A DNA stretch of 64,000 nucleotides, from positions 26,367 to 90,366 of the forward strand of contig JADHVF010000001.1 in assembly GCA_016784145.1 (NCBI GenBank), given 5' to 3'. The position numbers and the translations under genes were made by a program. Under the pieces are notes generated by a model, which did not search any database, was not told the origin of the DNA, and saw nothing but the letters and a program-made list of their open reading frames with translations. The stretch is from Patescibacteria group bacterium (GTDB lineage Bacteria > Patescibacteriota > Patescibacteriia > UBA2591 > UBA6264). Numbering within the stretch: position 1 is the first letter of the stretch; every line of letters starts with the position of its first letter. Below are positions 59,215 to 64,000 of this stretch, one piece after another.

Positions 59215-61425
59215 TTATTTAATTAATGGTTTATATCTTTTCATTAGCAAGGCGTTAGAAATAACGCTAACAGAAGAAAAAGCCATGGCTCCAGCTGCAA
59301 TACTAGGGGATAGCAGTGATTGAGTCATAGAGTAAAAAGCTCCAGCAGCAACTGGAATACTAATTGTATTATAAAAAAATGCCCAAAAAAGATTTTGTTT
59401 TATTTTTTTAAGGGTATATTTACTTAAATCAATGGCTGTTACAACATCTCGCAAATCGTCTTTAATTAATACTATTTCTCCTGTTTCCACGGCAATGTCA
59501 CTGCCAGATCCAAGTGCAATACCAATGTCAGCCTGGGCTAAAGCAGGAGCATCATTAATACCATCCCCGACCATGCACACCTTGTATCCTTGTTTTTGTA
59601 GTTTGGCTATTTCAGCTGCTTTATCTGAAGGCAGGACATCTGCTAAAACTTTATCCATGCCAAGCTGTTTAGCAATTGCTTGCCCAACCATAATATTATC
59701 TCCTGTAATAATGCCTGTTTTTTTGTTTAATTTATGAAGTTTAGCAATTGCTAATTGAGAATATTCTTTTAATGTATCGGCAATAGCGATAATTCCATGG
59801 ATTTTTTTATCAACACTTAATATTACACAGGTTTTTCCGCTTGCTTCTAAGTTTTGTAGTTTTTTTTCAATCAAATCAATATTAATTTGATTTTCTTTTA
59901 TTAGAGCTGGTTTACCCAATAATATTGTTTGATTATTTATATCTGCCTTTATTCCTTTTCCTAAAATTGCTTGAAAGTTTTTAGCTTCAAGTAAATTTAT
60001 TTGCTTCTCTTTAGCTTTGTTAATGATTGCTTGTGCTAAAGGATGTTCTGAATACTTTTCAATTGAAGCTGCTAATTGTAGTATGGTTTGTTCATTTGTG
60101 TTTTGGGTTATTTTAATTATATCAGTGACAGTTGGTTCTCCTTTTGTTAATGTGCCTGTTTTGTCAAAAATTATAAAATCAACATTTTTGGCTTTTTCTA
60201 GTGCCTGACTGCTTTTAATTAAAATGCCATATTTGGCTGCTAATCCAGTTCCAACCATTATGGCGGTTGGAGTGGCTAACCCTAAAGCGCAGGGGCAGGC
60301 AATGATAAGAACAGCCACAAAAGCTGTTAAGGCAAAAGCAAATGATTTACCTAATAATAACCAGGTTGTTAACGCTATGATGGCTATAAAAATAACAGCT
60401 GGCACAAAATAAAGAGCAGTTTTATCAGCCAAAAGTTGAATTGGCGGTTTAGACCCCATGGCTTTCTCTACGGTTTCAATAATTTGAGATAACATAGTAT
60501 CTTTTCCAATTTTAGTTGCTTTAAATTTTAAAAAACCTGTTTTGTTGATGGTTCCTCCAATAACTTGCTCATTAATATTTTTTTCAACTGGAATACTTTC
60601 TCCGGTAATCATTTTTTCATCAACGCTTGAATAGCCATCAATAATAATTCCATCAACTGGAATTTTTGCTCCTGGCTTAATTAAAATAATATCATTTACT
60701 TTTACTTCTGATACGTCTATTTTTACTTCTTGATTGTCTTTTAAAATTATTGCCTGCTTTGGCTGAAGCCCAATTAATTTTTTAATTGCTTGGCTAGTTT
60801 TTCCCTTTGTAATGGCTTCAAGATATTTTCCTAAATTAATAAAAATTAAAATAAAGACAGCGCTTTCATAATATAAATCTTGTATGATGGTTTTATAGCC
60901 AAATATCAATGATAAAGAAATTGCTAAACTATAAACATAAGCAGATAGGGTTCCAATAAAAACCAATGAATCCATATTTGGTTTGAGTTGTAATAAATTT
61001 TTAATTCCATTTGTCCATATTTTAATAGAAAATCCAATAACAACAGAGGCAAAAATAAATTCGATTATATGAGTATTTGTTTCTATAAAATAGGGGATTG
61101 GCAGACCAATCATTTTCCCCATAGACATATAAACAACAGGTAGCCCAAATATAAAGCTAAAAATAAGGCGTTTTTTTAGAGAGGAGGAATAATCATTGGT
61201 GTTTACTTCCTCTTTTGACTGAATTTTATATCCTAGGTTATTAATAATTTTAGTTATTTGTTTGAGGTTGATTTTATTGATATCAAAATCTAAATAAGCC
61301 TTTTCATTGGCAAAATTTACATTAATTGAATTTACTCCCTCTGTTTTTTTTAGTTTATTTTCAATAATTGTTGAACAAGAAGCGCAATGCATGCCTTTTA
61401 TTTTTAATATTTCTTTTTTTTCCAT
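59215..61425 (-). CDS. copA: Cu(I)-translocating P1B-type ATPase
   Basis: GMHCASC, TGES, CPCALGLATP, DKTGT, SEHP, GDGINDAP, YN and MAFSS motifs. Confidence 0.96.
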   Translation of the reverse strand: MEKKEILKIKGMHCASCSTIIENKLKKTEGVNSINVNFANEKAYLDFDINKINLKQITKIINNLGYKIQSKEEVNTNDYSSSLKKRLIFSFIFGLPVVYMSMGKMIGLPIPYFIETNTHIIEFIFASVVIGFSIKIWTNGIKNLLQLKPNMDSLVFIGTLSAYVYSLAISLSLIFGYKTIIQDLYYESAVFILIFINLGKYLEAITKGKTSQAIKKLIGLQPKQAIILKDNQEVKIDVSEVKVNDIILIKPGAKIPVDGIIIDGYSSVDEKMITGESIPVEKNINEQVIGGTINKTGFLKFKATKIGKDTMLSQIIETVEKAMGSKPPIQLLADKTALYFVPAVIFIAIIALTTWLLLGKSFAFALTAFVAVLIIACPCALGLATPTAIMVGTGLAAKYGILIKSSQALEKAKNVDFIIFDKTGTLTKGEPTVTDIIKITQNTNEQTILQLAASIEKYSEHPLAQAIINKAKEKQINLLEAKNFQAILGKGIKADINNQTILLGKPALIKENQINIDLIEKKLQNLEASGKTCVILSVDKKIHGIIAIADTLKEYSQLAIAKLHKLNKKTGIITGDNIMVGQAIAKQLGMDKVLADVLPSDKAAEIAKLQKQGYKVCMVGDGINDAPALAQADIGIALGSGSDIAVETGEIVLIKDDLRDVVTAIDLSKYTLKKIKQNLFWAFFYNTISIPVAAGAFYSMTQSLLSPSIAAGAMAFSSVSVISNALLMKRYKPLIK

Positions 61426-61442
61426 AATTTTATTTTTTTTAA

Positions 61443-62939
61443 TTAATATGCCCTAATTATAGAACCACAACCACAACTTGGGATGCCACAATCTCCGCCA
61501 CATGAGCCACTGCTTCCAGTAGTGCCTCCACAACTTCCTTCAGGTAAATTAAGTGATTCTTTGTAGATAGTTTCTCTTGACGGTTGTTTGTTTTCATCAG
61601 TGACAATAAATTTGCCCCAAACCATTTGCATCCAGCAAGAAAACTTAATTTCACCAACTTTGGTTGGTGTAAATTCAATAATATTTTTACCTTGTTTTAA
61701 TTTTTTTCTTATATTATATCCATCATGCAGAATGATTTCATCAGTGCATCTGGTCATTTCTTTTGCAGTAATAATCCATCTAACAGGAACGCCTTTTTTA
61801 ATATATATAACATTTGGATCATATCCTCTGTATTTAATTGCCATATTAACTGTTTGATATTCCTTAACATCGCCAGTTACTATAAACTCTGTTTGGGCAC
61901 TTGATTCTCGTGGCACAAATTCCCTAAAGCCATATCCAAAATTAGTCAAACCTCTGTTAATCATAAATAATCCAAGTATTATCACTACAATTCCTGATAT
62001 TTTCATTACTTGTTTAATTTTATCTTTACTAATTAAAGAAATAAAATTACCAAAACCAAACATTAATGGCACTGTTCCTAATGCATATATTCCCATTGAA
62101 AGAGCTCCTCTGACAATGCTCCCAGATGCTAGGGCATATATTTGCATTGCTTGCAATGGTCCACAAGGCATAAGGCCATTAAGTAAACCAATGATAAAAG
62201 GTCCCTTTGGTTTTCTAGTATGTCTTTGTGAGTAAAGAAATTTTCCCATAAAAGATGGCATTTTAAGTTTGATTTTTTCAAACCAGGACATACTGGTAAT
62301 AAAAGATAATCCCATTAAAATCATAAAAATACCAGCTATTAAGATAACACTGCCTGTAAAAGTAGGGTTGATGGCAAAAAATGATCCCAATCCACCTAAA
62401 ATTCCGCCAACCATTGTATAAGATATTGTTCTTCCAAGATTGTATTGAATATGGGGCCAAGAAGCTTTTGTTTGTTTATCTCCCTTGGCATGATGTCTGG
62501 CCGTATAAGCAACTACTAATCCTCCACACATACCAACACAATGAAAGCTAACCAAGATGCCAATTAAAAAAATAAGCCAATAACTTATTTTGGCTTCATT
62601 TAATTTAGCTAGTAATTCAAGTGCACCAGAATTTTTAATTAAAACATAAACAATGATTAGTAAAATAAATAATCCAGAAGCAATTAACATCTTCTTCTTT
62701 TTATTTACTTGTGCTTTTGTTTTTTTAATCTTTTCAACCTTATATTTTAATTTTTCAATTTTAGCAAAAATTTTTCGTTGAGATATTTGGTTGTCATCAA
62801 ATTCTATTTCAGTTTTTCCAGTAACATGGTCAACTGTAATATCTTTAACTCCTTTTAAAATATCAACTTCTGTTTCAATCAATGTCTTGCAACTTTGACA
62901 ATGAGTTCCTTTGATTTTGATTTTGATTTTTTTAAGCAT
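61443..62939 (-). CDS. HMA + DsbD_2/TauE-like + cupredoxin fusion with a Cys/Gly-rich tail
   Basis: GTHCQSC, HCVGMCG, PCGPLQ, FSCWMQM, GSCGG...CGGDCGIPSCGCG. Confidence 0.88.
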   Translation of the reverse strand: MLKKIKIKIKGTHCQSCKTLIETEVDILKGVKDITVDHVTGKTEIEFDDNQISQRKIFAKIEKLKYKVEKIKKTKAQVNKKKKMLIASGLFILLIIVYVLIKNSGALELLAKLNEAKISYWLIFLIGILVSFHCVGMCGGLVVAYTARHHAKGDKQTKASWPHIQYNLGRTISYTMVGGILGGLGSFFAINPTFTGSVILIAGIFMILMGLSFITSMSWFEKIKLKMPSFMGKFLYSQRHTRKPKGPFIIGLLNGLMPCGPLQAMQIYALASGSIVRGALSMGIYALGTVPLMFGFGNFISLISKDKIKQVMKISGIVVIILGLFMINRGLTNFGYGFREFVPRESSAQTEFIVTGDVKEYQTVNMAIKYRGYDPNVIYIKKGVPVRWIITAKEMTRCTDEIILHDGYNIRKKLKQGKNIIEFTPTKVGEIKFSCWMQMVWGKFIVTDENKQPSRETIYKESLNLPEGSCGGTTGSSGSCGGDCGIPSCGCGSIIRAY

Positions 62940-63011
62940 GTTTTTTTTATTATTTTATTATTTATTATTTTATTTTTGAGAGGCTCAGCCTCTGAGGAGT
63001 TTCAAGCAAAA

Positions 63012-63281
63012 CTATTTGCAAGTGTTGTTTTTATTATTACAAGTTTTTGTTTGTTTAAATTTAATATATGAATAAATTGCCAATATCAAAAAAATTATTG
63101 ATATGATTATAAGTAATTTATTATAAGATACTAACCAGGCACTAAAAGAAGCAATTCCAAGAAAAGATAAAATAGCTGCTCCTGTTAAGGTACAACACCA
63201 CCCCAGTAGGCCGATGATGCCTAATCCGCCTGTAAGAAAAGAGATTATAGATAAAAAAATTGTTTTTAATTTATTGTTCAT
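63012..63281 (-). CDS. Small MerT/MerC-like metal-binding membrane protein
   Basis: A CC pair within hydrophobic segments plus C-terminal Cys residues; lies in the copper cluster. Confidence 0.55.
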   Translation of the reverse strand: MNNKLKTIFLSIISFLTGGLGIIGLLGWCCTLTGAAILSFLGIASFSAWLVSYNKLLIIISIIFLILAIYSYIKFKQTKTCNNKNNTCK

Positions 63282-63420
63282 TTTAATTATTGATTTATTA
63301 AATCACACTCTCCTTTAATAATTTGACAAGATGAATTAGTATTATTAATTAAAGTTTTTCTAATAAAAATACTAGTTAAAACTATTAAAAAAACTATAAT
63401 AAATTTTTTCATATATTTAT

Positions 63421-64000
63421 TTAAAAAAGGTTAGCAATTTTTTCGAGCTCTGATAGAGTAATTTTTATTTTTCCATTCTCGTTTTTTAAGTTTGGATTGA
63501 TTGGCGCTGGATTACAACCACCCTTTTCAGTTGCAATTTTAGCTAAAGGATATTTATTTCCACAAGCATCACAAGTCATAAAATCACCCTCTTTTTTAAA
63601 TCCTAATCTAGCATCAAAACAAACTTGGCAGGCATTGGCAGCTGCCCTATAAACACCATTTTTGTCTTTAACAACAAAATAATAAACGACTTTTCCATTA
63701 GGAAGTTCTGTATTGTAATAATGAAATCCATCAACATCAATATCACTTGCATTTAAGATTACTTTATTGCTTAATAACGAAAGATTTTGTCCATTTTCTC
63801 CATTAAACTTAATATTAGGCAATTTCATAGATGCTTTAAAAGGGATTGTGTTTTGTGAAAAAGTTGGTTGATTTGTTGAACATTTTAATAATTCTTTTAA
63901 TTCAGGTAGTTTTTTGTATCCACTATATAGTTTTTCATTTATTACAAAAGTCGGAACTGTCCTGAATTGATGTCGAACTTGTCCAGTATTAGCATTGATT
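63421..64000 (-). CDS. Thioredoxin-like domain fused to a DUF2318-like Cys-rich domain; 5' end lies beyond the window
   Basis: The frame stays open to base 64000 (...TVPTFVINEKLYSGYKKLPELKELLKC...), then NACQVC, CDACGNKY, GGCNP. Confidence 0.75.
   Translation of the reverse strand, partial: INANTGQVRHQFRTVPTFVINEKLYSGYKKLPELKELLKCSTNQPTFSQNTIPFKASMKLPNIKFNGENGQNLSLLSNKVILNASDIDVDGFHYYNTELPNGKVVYYFVVKDKNGVYRAAANACQVCFDARLGFKKEGDFMTCDACGNKYPLAKIATEKGGCNPAPINPNLKNENGKIKITLSELEKIANLF

Noticed and set aside
59102-59323. + strand 73-aa ORF
   Set aside because: Overlaps the copA 3' end in antisense, is low-complexity AT-rich, and has no supporting signal.
1-64000. Alternative genetic code (TGA=Gly, as in Gracilibacteria/Absconditabacteria)
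   Set aside because: Conserved genes are full-length under code 11, and several (def, metK, amrS) end at TGA at the expected position.

Overview
AT-rich bacterial chromosome segment, standard genetic code (TGA used as stop). Gene content and order suggest a Patescibacteria/CPR (Parcubacteria-like) genome; this taxonomy is an inference. Most of the window is housekeeping: gyrB, secE-nusG-rplK-rplA, cysS, murB, infA-rpmJ-rpsM-rpsK-rpsD-rpoA-rplQ-rplM, def, groES/EL with a CIRCE operator, pheST, acs, mraZ-rsmH-ftsL-ftsI-murF, trpS, secG, folD, glyA, metK behind a SAM-I riboswitch, and 4 tRNAs that all have C34 anticodons. Accessory blocks are an acidic repeat protein, a glycosylation cluster, an AmmeMemoRadiSam cluster, an ECF sigma module and a copper-resistance cluster. 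The main observations: (1) Elp3 is head-to-head with a Trm9/ALKBH8-like methyltransferase, a candidate eukaryote/archaea-type mcm5U34 tRNA pathway in a bacterium. (2) RpoA has no recognisable alpha-CTD and ends in a histone-H1-like lysine-rich repeat tail. (3) Both AmmeMemoRadiSam proteins carry N-terminal membrane anchors and are clustered with a DsbD-like protein, a putative heme-binding membrane protein, a degenerate membrane spermidine-synthase-like protein and a flavodoxin. (4) A recurrent composite of 7-bp tandem repeats and GGGG/CCCC hairpins occurs at several loci. (5) Leaderless promoter architecture is widespread. All calls come from reading motifs by eye; no searches were run.
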